Positions 38,416 to 48,924 of a stretch of DNA of 64,000 nucleotides are shown in pieces. Under the pieces are notes generated by a model. It had not been told where the DNA came from, did no database searches, and worked only from the letters and a program-made list of their open reading frames with translations. The DNA is from an uncultured Chlamydiae bacterium (GTDB lineage Bacteria; Chlamydiota; Chlamydiia; Chlamydiales; JAJFMA01), in assembly GCA_963713615.1 (NCBI GenBank), contig CAVQMM010000001.1:1216001-1280000 (forward strand), given 5' to 3'. A program made the translations under genes and the position numbers. Position 1 is the first letter of the stretch, and the number at the start of each line of letters is the position of its first letter.

Positions 38416-39191
38416 ATGATCAAAGCCCCCTCACCGCAATCCAGACCTTCGATGAACGTCGGGACATCATTGTTCCCGGTGACAAGCTTGCTACGATAGC
38501 GTTTTGCACTGAAAGCTTCATCGAGCTCGCGAAGACAAGCATTGAAGACCACGGCTACTTTGCTGTGGCTTTGTCTGGTGGAAGTACCCCAGCAGCTATC
38601 TATCAAGGCCTAACAACAGACCCCTACCGCAACGCCATCGACTGGGGTAAGGTATGGCTGTTCTGGAGCGATGAGCGTAGCGTGCCCCCCACAAACCCTG
38701 ATAGTAATTACCATATGGCTATGGAGTCGGGCTTTGGAAAACTCCCTATTAAGCCAGCGAATGTCTTTCGCATGCCAGCGGAGCTAGAACCGCCCAGCAA
38801 CGCCGAGGCCTATGAGCACACAATTAAAAGCCGGCTGTTCGATGGTGTTTTTGATCTAGTGATGTTAGGCATGGGCGACGATGGTCATACAGCCTCCCTT
38901 TTCCCGCAGACGCATGGCCTAAAAATACGTAACCGGTGGGTAGTGGCCAACTGGGTGGCACAGCATAATACCTGGCGGATGTCCCTCACCTTTGAATGCA
39001 TCAATCAAGCCTCTGCTATTTACGTCTATGTTTTGGGCAAGTCCAAAGCCAAGACCATTACCAGAGTCTTTAATGGACCGGCCGATCCCCAAAATCTACC
39101 CTCCCAGAGCCTGGGGACAGCTACCCATAAAGCTCTGTGGGTACTCGATAACGATGCAGCAGCCGATCTGCTAGCCTCCTTGAAAGGCTAG
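38412..39191 (+). CDS. pgl: 6-phosphogluconolactonase
   Basis: ALSGGSTP, DERSVP..DSN, LGMGDDGHTASLFP. Confidence 0.95.
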   Translation: MNDQSPLTAIQTFDERRDIIVPGDKLATIAFCTESFIELAKTSIEDHGYFAVALSGGSTPAAIYQGLTTDPYRNAIDWGKVWLFWSDERSVPPTNPDSNYHMAMESGFGKLPIKPANVFRMPAELEPPSNAEAYEHTIKSRLFDGVFDLVMLGMGDDGHTASLFPQTHGLKIRNRWVVANWVAQHNTWRMSLTFECINQASAIYVYVLGKSKAKTITRVFNGPADPQNLPSQSLGTATHKALWVLDNDAAADLLASLKG

Positions 39192-39308
39192 GAGCGAGCA
39201 AGGAGAGGATCAGGATCTTTACCACAGAGAACGCCGAGACGCCGAGTTGATATGCTGAGGGAAAGAATTTTTGGTTTTTTATTTTGGATTCGTCCATATC
39301 GTCCATGA

Positions 39309-39845
39309 GAGGTAATTGCAGAAGTCCGATTTTCCGAAGTCAATTTCCTGAAAATCGAATGCCGGTGAAGAGAGAGTCATTCCCTTCCCAGGCCCGAAGG
39401 GTCGATATTGCAACAGGCCATGGCATCGCCACATAGGCCTCAACCTAAGCCTAACAATCGTATCTCGGCGCGCAGCGCTTTGGAGTGCGGTCGCTTGCGA
39501 CCGCTTTGGGTTCCTTGCGACGGTCGTGTGCAACGGCATCACTATAATTCCCTAAGGGTAAAATAGTTAGTACATGCAGCCTTCGACGAATCCATACAAT
39601 GCCGTTTAGCATTGCCGTCCCAAGGAACGAAAAGCGGTCGCAAGCGACCGCACTCCAAAGCGCTGCGCGCCGAGATACGATTGTGAAGTCCTAAGTCATT
39701 GAGATATAAGCTCAAAAGACCTGTTAGGTTGAGGCCTATGTGGCATCGCCATGGTACATGCCAGGAAGGGATTTCGCAGCCCTACGAGGCTGCTAAAACC
39801 GTTTTGGCATATACCATGGCGATGCCACATAGGCCTCAACCTAAC
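39309..39845 (-). mobile_element. Composite element copy B (partial, reverse orientation) with family A REPIN
   Basis: Reverse complement of the right part of copy A starting at GAGGTAATTGCAGAAGT. Confidence 0.85.
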
Positions 39846-39911
39846 ATGCATTAAAGAATTTATAATAAGGAATTTGTGACTCAGCTTCGTCAAAAATAGA
39901 ACTCTGGAAAC

Positions 39912-40607
39912 CTAGGCAGCTACAGCTGGAATTCGCCCACTGATCATTTTTAGCATTATTCCAGATGAGATTATACTGGCCACTGTGAAGGCAGTTAGCT
40001 CAAATACTTTAGATGGGGATGCCGTCAATGTTCCAGGAAGCCCTTCTTCGTTGACCTGTCGAATTCCTTTGACTGCCAAGCCGATGCTGACAAGAAGAGC
40101 AGCAGCAGTAGCCCAAATAACGCTGACATTAGCCAAAACAATTAGCGAAGCCGCTACAGAAACAGCCAACAAGCCTGCCAGGACCACTTTTGCAATGGCA
40201 TAAATTTGCGAATTAACTGTGTCGATATCCCGTCGCGCACCAATCTTCAGAACCTCTTGTGGTGAATAAGCCCCAAGAATATGCTCCCGAGCCTCCTTGG
40301 GCACTATCTGCTTCGCCAATTCCCCTGTAAACAAGCCACCAATGGCTGATAGCACGCTCACTCCGATACTTATCTTAGTGCCCCACTTCATAAAATTCGG
40401 TAAGCTTGATGTCAACATGAGAACGCTCCCGCAAACCTTTGCCAGTATCCCTGAAGCTATGTTTACTTCCCTCAGAACCCCTTGTGCAAGATGCGATAAC
40501 CGAAAGGATAGGTCCTCAGTCAACCCTACATCTCCTCGTTCATAGCGCGCAAGCTTTTGCATATCTGCTGAATAGCGACCAGCTATCATCTCACCTAAAC
40601 TTTGCAT
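39912..40607 (-). CDS. Hypothetical membrane protein, Inc-like
   Basis: AAGGAG SD before ATG 40607; two long hydrophobic hairpin-like segments. Confidence 0.6.
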   Translation of the reverse strand: MQSLGEMIAGRYSADMQKLARYERGDVGLTEDLSFRLSHLAQGVLREVNIASGILAKVCGSVLMLTSSLPNFMKWGTKISIGVSVLSAIGGLFTGELAKQIVPKEAREHILGAYSPQEVLKIGARRDIDTVNSQIYAIAKVVLAGLLAVSVAASLIVLANVSVIWATAAALLVSIGLAVKGIRQVNEEGLPGTLTASPSKVFELTAFTVASIISSGIMLKMISGRIPAVAA

Positions 40608-40687
40608 TAAACGGCTCCTTAAATTTGTGCAATTTCCACCCATTTTACAGAACAAATATTTGCCAAATATAAAGAGGCGCTGCATGG

Positions 40688-41548
40688 GGGAGGAGGAAGA
40701 GGAGAGGAGAGGGAAGTAGAGGAGAGGAGGAGGAATTTTTACCGCCGAGGCGCAGAGACGCCCTTCGGTTTAGCTTTGGACCTTTCCTCTTTTCTGCGAT
40801 TGTCTATTGTCATAGAAGTTAGGGTCTTTCCTTTGTTTTCATGTTCGGGCCTTCGTCGTCTTTCGACGAGTTACTATGCCGTCTGCTGACTGCTGTACCG
40901 TTCACGTCATCTCTCCGAGACACCGCTAGCTATGGGTTTTCCCTCTTTTGTCAGTACTCTTCCATGCATGAATACAGCTCTCACCGGGTAATTCGTTAAA
41001 CTTTCCTGCTAACCTGTTGCATCTACATTGACTCCTTCCGAGTAAGTATTGGACTTTGGGTTATACCGCACCCTCATCCTAGGAGCCCTCTGCCTCTTAT
41101 GCACTTCCTGTTCGTCAGGTCAGCCTTTTGTATACGGCTTTCTTCAGATTCCATCTCGCGATGGACACCCTTGCCTTCTCTAACGGTTCTCCTTACTAAA
41201 GCCCGTAAAGGACTTTCACCTTCTAGTTTAACGACATACCGGTCGCACGATCATTCAAAGGATTCCCCTTGAATGATCCATTCAGCCCCTCAGTAAAGGG
41301 CCCGTTCCTCGTTTTGGGACTTAGGATTATCCTTATAATGAGGCCTTAGTTGTGTACAAGAGCTTCTGATACAAGATCCTGTGTAAATTTGTTCGAACCA
41401 TTTCCCTTCAAGAGTTTACACAGGATCTTGTACACAACCATTTTCCTATTCCTCTCTCTCCTATCTCGGCGTCTCTGCACCTCGGCGGTAAAAAATCCTA
41501 ATTCCTCTCCTACTCTCTCTTCTCTCCCTCTCCCTCCTCTCTACCTCT
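40688..41548. repeat. Purine-rich ccgccgag-type inverted arms (40688-40762, 41445-41548) enclosing an intron fragment and a gttgtgtacaag hairpin element (41349-41438)
   Basis: Arms related to those at 8287 and 24555. Confidence 0.65.
40763..41248 (-). mobile_element. Group II intron (class C-like) 5' fragment, domains I-III and start of DIV; no RT ORF or DV/DVI
   Basis: Starts GTGCGACC; contains GGTGAAAGTCC, GGCAAGGGTGTCCATCGCGAGATGGAATCTGAAG, AGTCAGCAGACGGCATAGTA and GAAGGCCCGAAC; stem-loop immediately upstream. Confidence 0.85.
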
Positions 41549-41618
41549 AAGTCTCTTGCTCAAATCCAGCAGTCCTACTATCATGGTCGCTAAAGTTATC
41601 AAATTATAAGGAGACTGG

Positions 41619-42020
41619 ATGCACGCCTTTTTTCAATTGCTCAAGGGAATATGGCACATGTCCTTTTTGAATAAGGTGTGGACGCTCATTCTGACCACGG
41701 TCAATTTGGCTATCCCTCTATTCTTTACCGGCGAACTTGAGGCCCAAATAGCATTAGGAGTTTTTTTTGTTAACATTGTTGCGATGACTTCTCTGACGGC
41801 ACTGGGTGGATATACACGCTTGGTCAGCTTAGGTCATGCTCTTTGGCTACCTCTGATCTATTATTTTTGGATACTGCTGCCAGACCATCCTCCATCCACA
41901 TTTGTAGGTATCTGGATGCGCGGACTGATGATCACTAATATTTTGGCTCTACTGATTGATGGCTTTAGCCTCTGGCGATTTGTTGGCGGCGACCAAAAAC
42001 TCCGGTCAAATCGAGGGTAA
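41619..42020 (+). CDS. Hypothetical 4-TM membrane protein
   Basis: AAGGAG SD; hydrophobic; G.TRL..LGH..W.PL pattern. Confidence 0.7.
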   Translation: MHAFFQLLKGIWHMSFLNKVWTLILTTVNLAIPLFFTGELEAQIALGVFFVNIVAMTSLTALGGYTRLVSLGHALWLPLIYYFWILLPDHPPSTFVGIWMRGLMITNILALLIDGFSLWRFVGGDQKLRSNRG

Positions 42021-42112
42021 AAGAATACGCAAATAGTAAGAGCTGTGGGTCTTCTTCAAAAAGAAATAAGCCGAATCCAGCAGAGATCATTTGCGATTGA
42101 ATGGTGATTCGC

Positions 42113-42140
42113 TTGACATAAAGCAAATGTCCCCTAAAAT
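42113..42140 (+). promoter_or_regulatory. Putative sigma70/66 promoter
   Basis: TTGACA-16bp-TAAAAT. Confidence 0.55.
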
Positions 42141-42188
42141 CTGGGTATATACCTAATTATTGAAAACAGCGTATTTTGGCGGGATTGA

Positions 42189-43268
42189 GTGCCCATGGAA
42201 GTTGCTTATTCAAGACCGAATTCATCACTGGAGCGTTATGTCTGGGGGGCCATTGGGGCTCTGCTCGTCCTAGGCTTGGGCCTCAGCTTGCTTTCGGCAT
42301 GGCAGTTTTGCACCTCCTCTTGTGCTGAAGCGCACCATTACCGCTTTTTCGGCTACCATTTCGAAATCTTTGGAATCTCCTTTTTTATCGCGGCCTTCGC
42401 TGCCGTTCTTTTTTCCTCACGTTGGCCATGGCTATTATCAGTGGTCAAGGCGATGGTTGCCACGTCAATAGGTGCTGAGATTCGTTTTATTCAGGTCCAA
42501 AAAAATGTAATCGGCCATTGGTGTCCTCTGTGCTTAACGATAGCGGCAACCGTAACGCTAATCGGTCTAATTTTCTTCGTACAATATGCGGCGTCCTTCA
42601 AAAGCATCGCCAATGATCAAGAGAGGAGAAACACTATCATGAAAAAGATTTTAGCTGGGTTGACTTCGGTTGCTGCATGCATCCTAGGTTTCATCATAGC
42701 CCTACTAGGCGTTGCGAAGCCCGAACGCTCATTTGCTGAACCCAATAGCCGCGGTGAAAGCCCGGTGTTTGGTAAAGCCAATAGTAATATCGAGGTCTAT
42801 CTTTTTACTGATTGGTTCTGCCCTGCCTGCTCGAAGACGGAACCTGAATTATCCAAGCAGTTTCCCGCCATCATGAAAAAAGCGCGTTTGTTATTTGTCG
42901 ATATTCCCATTCATGAGGATTCTGAGAACTTCTTGCCCTATAACCTGGCCTTCATGCTTAAGAATAAAGCGCAGTATCTCGAGTTAAGAAAGGCGCTGCA
43001 AGATCTCTCTAAAACAAACCATGCCCCTACGGAACGCGATATTGAAGCGTTGGCTCAGACTGTAGGCGCCGTCTACCAACCCCTAGCATTTTCCGAAATC
43101 AGCCAGGGACAGAGCTACTTCAAGAAAATGGAAGACAAATACCAGGTCGATAGCACTCCTACGGTGATTATCACCAATACGAAGACCAATAAAGCTAAGA
43201 AATTCTCCGGCTACAATCAAATCACCAAAGCCAATTTCTCTAAGGAAATCGACAAACTGAACAAATAG
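42189..43268 (+). CDS. VKOR-like membrane domain fused to DsbA/thioredoxin-fold domain
   Basis: CTSSC loop and WCPLC in the TM region; FTDWFCPAC and STP (cis-Pro loop) in the C-terminal domain. Confidence 0.8.
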   Translation: MPMEVAYSRPNSSLERYVWGAIGALLVLGLGLSLLSAWQFCTSSCAEAHHYRFFGYHFEIFGISFFIAAFAAVLFSSRWPWLLSVVKAMVATSIGAEIRFIQVQKNVIGHWCPLCLTIAATVTLIGLIFFVQYAASFKSIANDQERRNTIMKKILAGLTSVAACILGFIIALLGVAKPERSFAEPNSRGESPVFGKANSNIEVYLFTDWFCPACSKTEPELSKQFPAIMKKARLLFVDIPIHEDSENFLPYNLAFMLKNKAQYLELRKALQDLSKTNHAPTERDIEALAQTVGAVYQPLAFSEISQGQSYFKKMEDKYQVDSTPTVIITNTKTNKAKKFSGYNQITKANFSKEIDKLNK

Positions 43269-43299
43269 ATTGTGTCCATTGTATGCTGCTAGGTAGATG

Positions 43300-43346
43300 T
43301 GTAGGCGGACTAGGGTTTTGATAGGCCCCAGGACCGCCTACACTTT
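43300..43346 (+). terminator. Stem-loop, probable terminator
   Basis: tgtaggcgg...ccgcctaca followed by ctttt. Confidence 0.5.
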
Positions 43347-43524
43347 TCAAATCTGCTTTAAAAAGCATCATGGGGAGACATCTCCCTTCTTGCCATTTTC
43401 ATTCTTGCATTTCAGCTAGCGTCTTTCCTGTTTGCTCAAAACCTTCCTTTTCTTTACACTATCTAGTCAAATTTGCAGTTATCATCGCCCCCAAAGTTTC
43501 ATCGCCGCTGAGAGGAGTACACGA

Positions 43525-44754
43525 ATGGACAAAAAATTCATAGAAGACCTCCAAGTACAACTAGAAGACATTAAGGCTCAGGGATTGTATAAGGAGGAGC
43601 GCGAGATCACGTCTCCGCAGCAAGCAGAGATTACCATTGCCGGAGGGCGAAAAGTCCTAAATTTCTGCGCGAATAACTATCTCGGTTTGGCGAATAATCA
43701 GCGTCTCATCGATGCTGCCAAGCATTGCTTCGACACCTTCGGTTTTGGATTGGCCTCCGTACGCTTCATCTGTGGTACACAAACACTTCATAAACAGCTG
43801 GAACGTCGCTTATCCGAGTTCTTGGGTATGGACGACACCATCCTTTATTCCTCTTGTTTCGACGCTAATGGCGGACTTTTTGAATGTCTTCTTGAAGCCG
43901 AAGATGCCGTTATTAGTGACTCCCTAAATCATGCCAGCATCATCGACGGAATCCGTCTATGCAAAGCACAGCGTTATCGCTACCAGAACAACGATATGGC
44001 TGATTTAGAAGCCAAGCTCATAGAAGCTCAAGGTGCGCGTCGTCGCCTCATCGCTACTGATGGCGTCTTCAGCATGGATGGCACCATCGCAAACCTCAAG
44101 GCTATCTGCGACTTAGCCGATCGCTATAATGCCATCGTCATGGTAGACGATTCGCATGCCGTAGGCTTCATGGGCAAGAAGGGGCGGGGGACACCGGAGC
44201 ACTGCGGGGTTCTTGGGCGTATCGATATTCTAACTGGCACTCTAGGAAAGGCCCTTGGAGGTGCCTCAGGAGGCTATACCGCCGCTCGAAAGGAAATTGT
44301 CGAGCTTCTTAGGCAACGCTCGCGTCCCTACCTGTTCTCAAATACCTTGGCTCCTAGCATTGCGGCGGCAAGCATCGAGGTGTTGAATCTCTTAGCAAGC
44401 GGCGAGGAATTGCGTGAGCGTCTGCGCGCCAACAGCAAATGCTTCCGCGACAAAATGAGCCTACTAGGCTTCAAAATGGTTCCAGGAGAGCATCCTATTA
44501 TCCCCGTGATGCTTGGTGATGCTAAGCTGGCTCAAGATTTCGCTAAACGCATGCTAGACCATGACGTCTATGTGATTGGCTTCTTCTATCCCGTCGTCCC
44601 CAAAGGACAGGCACGTATTCGTACTCAAATGTCTGCGGCACACAGTAGAGAAGACATCGACCGCGCTGTAGATGCTTTTGCAGCAGTAGGACGTGAGTTA
44701 GGAGTTATCAACGACAAACACACGGTGACTCCTGCGGAGGCACATACACACTAG
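43525..44754 (+). CDS. kbl: Glycine C-acetyltransferase (2-amino-3-ketobutyrate CoA ligase)
   Basis: [40 protein letters not shown]. Confidence 0.96.
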   Translation: MDKKFIEDLQVQLEDIKAQGLYKEEREITSPQQAEITIAGGRKVLNFCANNYLGLANNQRLIDAAKHCFDTFGFGLASVRFICGTQTLHKQLERRLSEFLGMDDTILYSSCFDANGGLFECLLEAEDAVISDSLNHASIIDGIRLCKAQRYRYQNNDMADLEAKLIEAQGARRRLIATDGVFSMDGTIANLKAICDLADRYNAIVMVDDSHAVGFMGKKGRGTPEHCGVLGRIDILTGTLGKALGGASGGYTAARKEIVELLRQRSRPYLFSNTLAPSIAAASIEVLNLLASGEELRERLRANSKCFRDKMSLLGFKMVPGEHPIIPVMLGDAKLAQDFAKRMLDHDVYVIGFFYPVVPKGQARIRTQMSAAHSREDIDRAVDAFAAVGRELGVINDKHTVTPAEAHTH

Positions 44755-44803
44755 TTATTAGTCCGATATCATTTACTTTATCTCTTAGCCCTAAAGGATC
44801 ATC

Positions 44804-45829
44804 ATGAAGGCGATCGTTAAAAAATATGCCAAAGTAGGATTGTGGTTGGACGAAGTCCCCATTCCTAAGCCAGCTCACGATGAAGTACTCATCAAGACGC
44901 GAAAATCTGCGATTTGCGGTACTGACGTTCATATTTATAAGTGGGACGCATGGGCACAAAAGGATGTCAAGGTACCAACTGTGGTAGGCCATGAATTTTT
45001 AGGCGAAATCGCGGCTCTTGGTAGGGATGTAAAGGGCTATAAGGTTGGCCAGCGAGTGAGCGGTGAAGGACACCTCATTTGCAACCAATGCCGTAATTGC
45101 CGGACTGGCACGGCGCATGTGTGTCCTAATACCATAGCCCTAGGCCGCCATCGCGATGGCTGCTTTGCAGAGTACTTTACTCTTCCCGCACAAAATGTCT
45201 ACGCCATCCCCAAAGGCATTCCTGATGACATCGCCGCAATCTTTGATCCTCTTGGCAATGCGGTGCATACTGCCCTTTCGTTTGACATGGTAGGCGAAGA
45301 CATTTTAATCACTGGAGCGGGCCCCATTGGCCTCATGGCAGTCGCTATCGCCAAGAAGGCGGGAGCACGCAATGTTGTTGTTACCGATATCAACCCTTAC
45401 CGCCTTAAGTTGGCTAAAAAGATGGGTGCTACAGCTGCGGTTAATGTGGCAGACACTAAGCTACCAGCGGTAATGAAAAAGTTGGGCATCACAGCGGGTT
45501 TTACGGTAGGTATGGAGATGTCGGGCTATCCTGCAGGGCTCAACCTATTGCTAGAGGCCATGCAGCCCGCTGGTAAGGTCGCCTTATTGGGTATCCTACC
45601 CCCAAATACCGCTATCGATTGGGACCTAGTGATCTTCAAAGGCCTCCTCATCAAAGGAATTTATGGTCGCGAGATCTTCTCAACCTGGTACAAGATGGAT
45701 CATTTGCTGCAGGCGGGTTTGGATATTCAATCGGTAATCACCCATGAGTTCAGCTACGAGGATTTCAATAAAGGTTTTGAAGTAATGCTCTCTGGTAACT
45801 CTGGGAAGGTTATCCTCAACTGGGAATAA
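44804..45829 (+). CDS. tdh: L-threonine 3-dehydrogenase
   Basis: [31 protein letters not shown]; downstream of kbl. Confidence 0.96.
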   Translation: MKAIVKKYAKVGLWLDEVPIPKPAHDEVLIKTRKSAICGTDVHIYKWDAWAQKDVKVPTVVGHEFLGEIAALGRDVKGYKVGQRVSGEGHLICNQCRNCRTGTAHVCPNTIALGRHRDGCFAEYFTLPAQNVYAIPKGIPDDIAAIFDPLGNAVHTALSFDMVGEDILITGAGPIGLMAVAIAKKAGARNVVVTDINPYRLKLAKKMGATAAVNVADTKLPAVMKKLGITAGFTVGMEMSGYPAGLNLLLEAMQPAGKVALLGILPPNTAIDWDLVIFKGLLIKGIYGREIFSTWYKMDHLLQAGLDIQSVITHEFSYEDFNKGFEVMLSGNSGKVILNWE

Positions 45830-45856
45830 TCTTCATTAAAACGGGATGGACTAATT

Positions 45857-46564
45857 GAGGTAATTGCAGAAGTATTTGGGCTCTCATGGATCGATTCTTT
45901 GGAAAAAAAATCACTTTTTTTTGTGAGAAGGCGATTCTGGAGAGTTTAAGTGGTATGGCACTATCCAGTCTGGAAAGACAGGCTTTTCTCCCTTCCCAGG
46001 CCCGAAGGGTCGATATTGCAACAGGCCATGGCATAGCCATGGTATATGCCAGGAAGGGATTTCGCAGTCTGAAGGACTGCTACAAGATGCCAGTTTTACA
46101 AACACCATTTATGCATGCGTTTTATGGCAGCCCTACAGTCTGCTAAAACCGTTTTGGCATATACCATGGCGATGCCACATAGGCCTCAACCTAAGCCTAA
46201 CAATCGTATCTCGGCGCGCAGCGCTTTGGAGTGCGGTCGCTTGCGACCGCTTTTCGTTCCTTGGGACGGTCGTGTGCAACGGCATTACTATAATTCCCTA
46301 AGGGTAAAATAGTTAGTACATGCAGCCTTCGACGAATCCATACAATGCCGTTTAGCATTGCCGTCCCAAGGAACGAAAAGCGGTCGCAAGCGACCGCACT
46401 CCAAAGCGCTGCGCGCCGAGATACGATTGTGAAGTCCTAAGTCATTGAGATATAAGCTCAAAAGACCTGTTAGGTTGAGGCCTATGTGGCGATGCCATGG
46501 TTCGGGCCCGGGAAGGGAATGACTCTCTCTTCACCGGCATCCGATTTTCAGGAAATTGACTTCG
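45857..46564 (+). mobile_element. Composite element copy C, right IR missing, central cassette inverted
   Basis: Near-identical to copy A at both sides; REPIN-containing centre in opposite orientation. Confidence 0.85.
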
Positions 46565-46806
46565 TAGAGGGGTATGATTGCAGAAGCTCTCAGTTTTTTA
46601 AGACAGACTTAATTCAAGAGTTTATAGACCTGCCTCTAGACAATGTTAATATGGATTATGTGAGAAAACATCCATTAAATACGCAAAGCCAGCCTTTGAA
46701 CTTCCTGTTCTAATCAAAAGACGACAAAGCCACACCAAAGAGTTAGACTTTTTGGTGCGGCTGTTACTCCAAATTCCATAAATTTACACCCCAGTCCCAG
46801 GACGTC

Positions 46807-48882
46807 CTAGGCTGCCTGCTGAATAAACGTCGAGGACATAGCGTTAGATTGGGGTGCCATGCCTAAGTTCTGCTGCAAATATTGTGCAATCTCCGCAAGG
46901 TCGGCTGGGTTGCTCCCCAGCTTACTAACGGCGGCCATAAGATCATTGACCATTCCAACAGAGTCTCCCTGCTTCCCTTGTTCTTGAGCCGCTTGACACA
47001 ATTGACCAAATTGCCCAACAGCTCCGCCTTTACTCGCTAAACCTGCAGGATTGAGGTTGCTTACAATCGCCAACAATTGATCTGTAGGGATATCCCCAGA
47101 AGAAATTGCTCCACCTCCGCTAACCTGAGCCTTAAGACGAGTAAGCAGTGCAATTAATTGAGTTATCGCGGCAATGAGTTTAACGGTTCCTTGGTTAGCA
47201 CTCGTAAAATTCTGTGCCAAATTACCGACTGTAGCCGCACCCACGCGAGTATCAGCAACCATATGCCCAGCAATATAGGCTGGACGTGGTCCTTCATCTA
47301 CCGCTTCAGCAACAGGCTTGCTAGCTGCACTGGAGCTGCCCATTTTGAAGAGGTCCCCAATGATCGGTATCTGACTTCCCTTACCCTCCATGATCATTCC
47401 ACCCCCAAAAACCATCACGGCCACCTGAGATCCCAAAACCAGTCCGGCAGGTCCCAACGCAAGGCAGCAAGCACCCAAAGCAACACCTGCGATAAGGGCC
47501 AATCCTTGATTGTCTCCAACCAAGGCACCCATCTGGCCAAGGATGGGAATACCAGAGACCATGCCTGTTACCTGCTTGATAAGATCTCCAACAACCGGGA
47601 TATTTGCGCTAAAAACACTCTTGGACTTCTCTTTTATTTCGGCAAATAGTCCTTTGTTATCATCATCTTTTTGTGAGGAACTGCTTTTATCGGAAGAAGA
47701 TCCACTACCGGCAACGCCAAGGGTAGCAAGTCCCATTAGAAAGGTAGAAGCCAACAACATTCCTGCAGGACCCAACAGCATCATAGGCAGGGCAGCAGCT
47801 ATGGCCAGTGTTGAGAGCATGGGTTTTTTAGCCATTTCTTGAGCTAGTTTGCCTACAAACGGAATTCCATCGGTCATGCTCGCCACGGCATTTAGCAGAT
47901 TACTAATAATGGGTACGTTCGCGCTCATTAAAGTATCTAACCCCCCAGTTACGGCGGAAATGCCTCCAAAAACGCCCTTAAATAATGACCCTATAAAGGG
48001 TAAACCATCGAATAGGCTCCCTACAGCATTTACAACACCACCAATGACATTTCCAGCAGGTCCTAAGCTGTTTAGCAACCCTCCGATGCCACTTCCACTT
48101 CCATTTCCACTTGATTGCATCTGCTGTTGCTGTTTAGCAGCTATCCAGTTCCAGTCCGCTAAGGAGGTGATGTCATGCCCCCACTGCCCCTTGTTGTTCA
48201 TCGACTGTTGAATTGTGCCTATGAACTGTTGCAAGTTATTAATCGCATTACTGATAGCTTGCAAAAACGCTTCTGTCGATTTTGCTCCATGTGTCACTGC
48301 AGCCTGGGCTGTAACAATTTTTATACTGTGCTGAGTCGCTTGAATCGTATTGCTCAAATGCTGAGCATTTTTTGCCCCTGCGGATGCCGATGGATTGATA
48401 GGCCCGGGTTTAGGGAGCTTCTTGACATCGCTCATATTAAGCGGTTGGAGCTGAGGTGTCGCTTTTAGACCTAAACTTGCAAGCACCGTCGTCCTTGTTT
48501 GTGCATCCAACTGACCAAGCAGCGCCTGCACCTTTGGATTGGACGATTGACTCTGCATCAATTCCTTTAACTGAGGAGGAAGGCCATTAATAAAGTTCTT
48601 GATATTCCCTTTTTTAGCTGCGGCCACAGCATCTTGAAATTCCTGTATTGCTTTGTCTGAAGCAGCTGCTGCACTAGGATCGAACGGATGTAGCTGAGGT
48701 GAACCTGCATCTGACACATATTGTTTTTTCGTTAAAGTCACCTGCGGTGACTGTGCAATGGTATCAGATGTTTGTTCCCCTAAGGTAGGATCCGCCGCCC
48801 CTTTAGCCTGTTGACTGGCTTGAGGCCCTTGAGTCGCATACATCGGAGAAACATCGCCACCACCACCAATTGGTTCATCCAT
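46807..48882 (-). CDS. Putative type III secretion translocator-like/effector protein
   Basis: AAGGAGG SD; Q/S/A/G-rich, two long hydrophobic hairpins, directly downstream of an LcrH-like chaperone. Confidence 0.6.
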   Translation of the reverse strand: MDEPIGGGGDVSPMYATQGPQASQQAKGAADPTLGEQTSDTIAQSPQVTLTKKQYVSDAGSPQLHPFDPSAAAASDKAIQEFQDAVAAAKKGNIKNFINGLPPQLKELMQSQSSNPKVQALLGQLDAQTRTTVLASLGLKATPQLQPLNMSDVKKLPKPGPINPSASAGAKNAQHLSNTIQATQHSIKIVTAQAAVTHGAKSTEAFLQAISNAINNLQQFIGTIQQSMNNKGQWGHDITSLADWNWIAAKQQQQMQSSGNGSGSGIGGLLNSLGPAGNVIGGVVNAVGSLFDGLPFIGSLFKGVFGGISAVTGGLDTLMSANVPIISNLLNAVASMTDGIPFVGKLAQEMAKKPMLSTLAIAAALPMMLLGPAGMLLASTFLMGLATLGVAGSGSSSDKSSSSQKDDDNKGLFAEIKEKSKSVFSANIPVVGDLIKQVTGMVSGIPILGQMGALVGDNQGLALIAGVALGACCLALGPAGLVLGSQVAVMVFGGGMIMEGKGSQIPIIGDLFKMGSSSAASKPVAEAVDEGPRPAYIAGHMVADTRVGAATVGNLAQNFTSANQGTVKLIAAITQLIALLTRLKAQVSGGGAISSGDIPTDQLLAIVSNLNPAGLASKGGAVGQFGQLCQAAQEQGKQGDSVGMVNDLMAAVSKLGSNPADLAEIAQYLQQNLGMAPQSNAMSSTFIQQAA

Positions 48883-48924
48883 GTGAAACCTCCTTAAATC
48901 CATTGTCCTGACAAAGCTAGGACT

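Noticed and set aside
39448..39690. Integron attC-like ends (GCCTAAC / GTTAGGC) on family A doublets
   Set aside because: Only one end of each doublet has the motif (the other reads TCAC/GTGA), the length of ~235 bp is too long, orientations vary and no integron integrase is present.
40700..40813. Complete ORF-less group II intron
   Set aside because: No domain V/VI sequence is found downstream on the minus strand; treated as a fragment.
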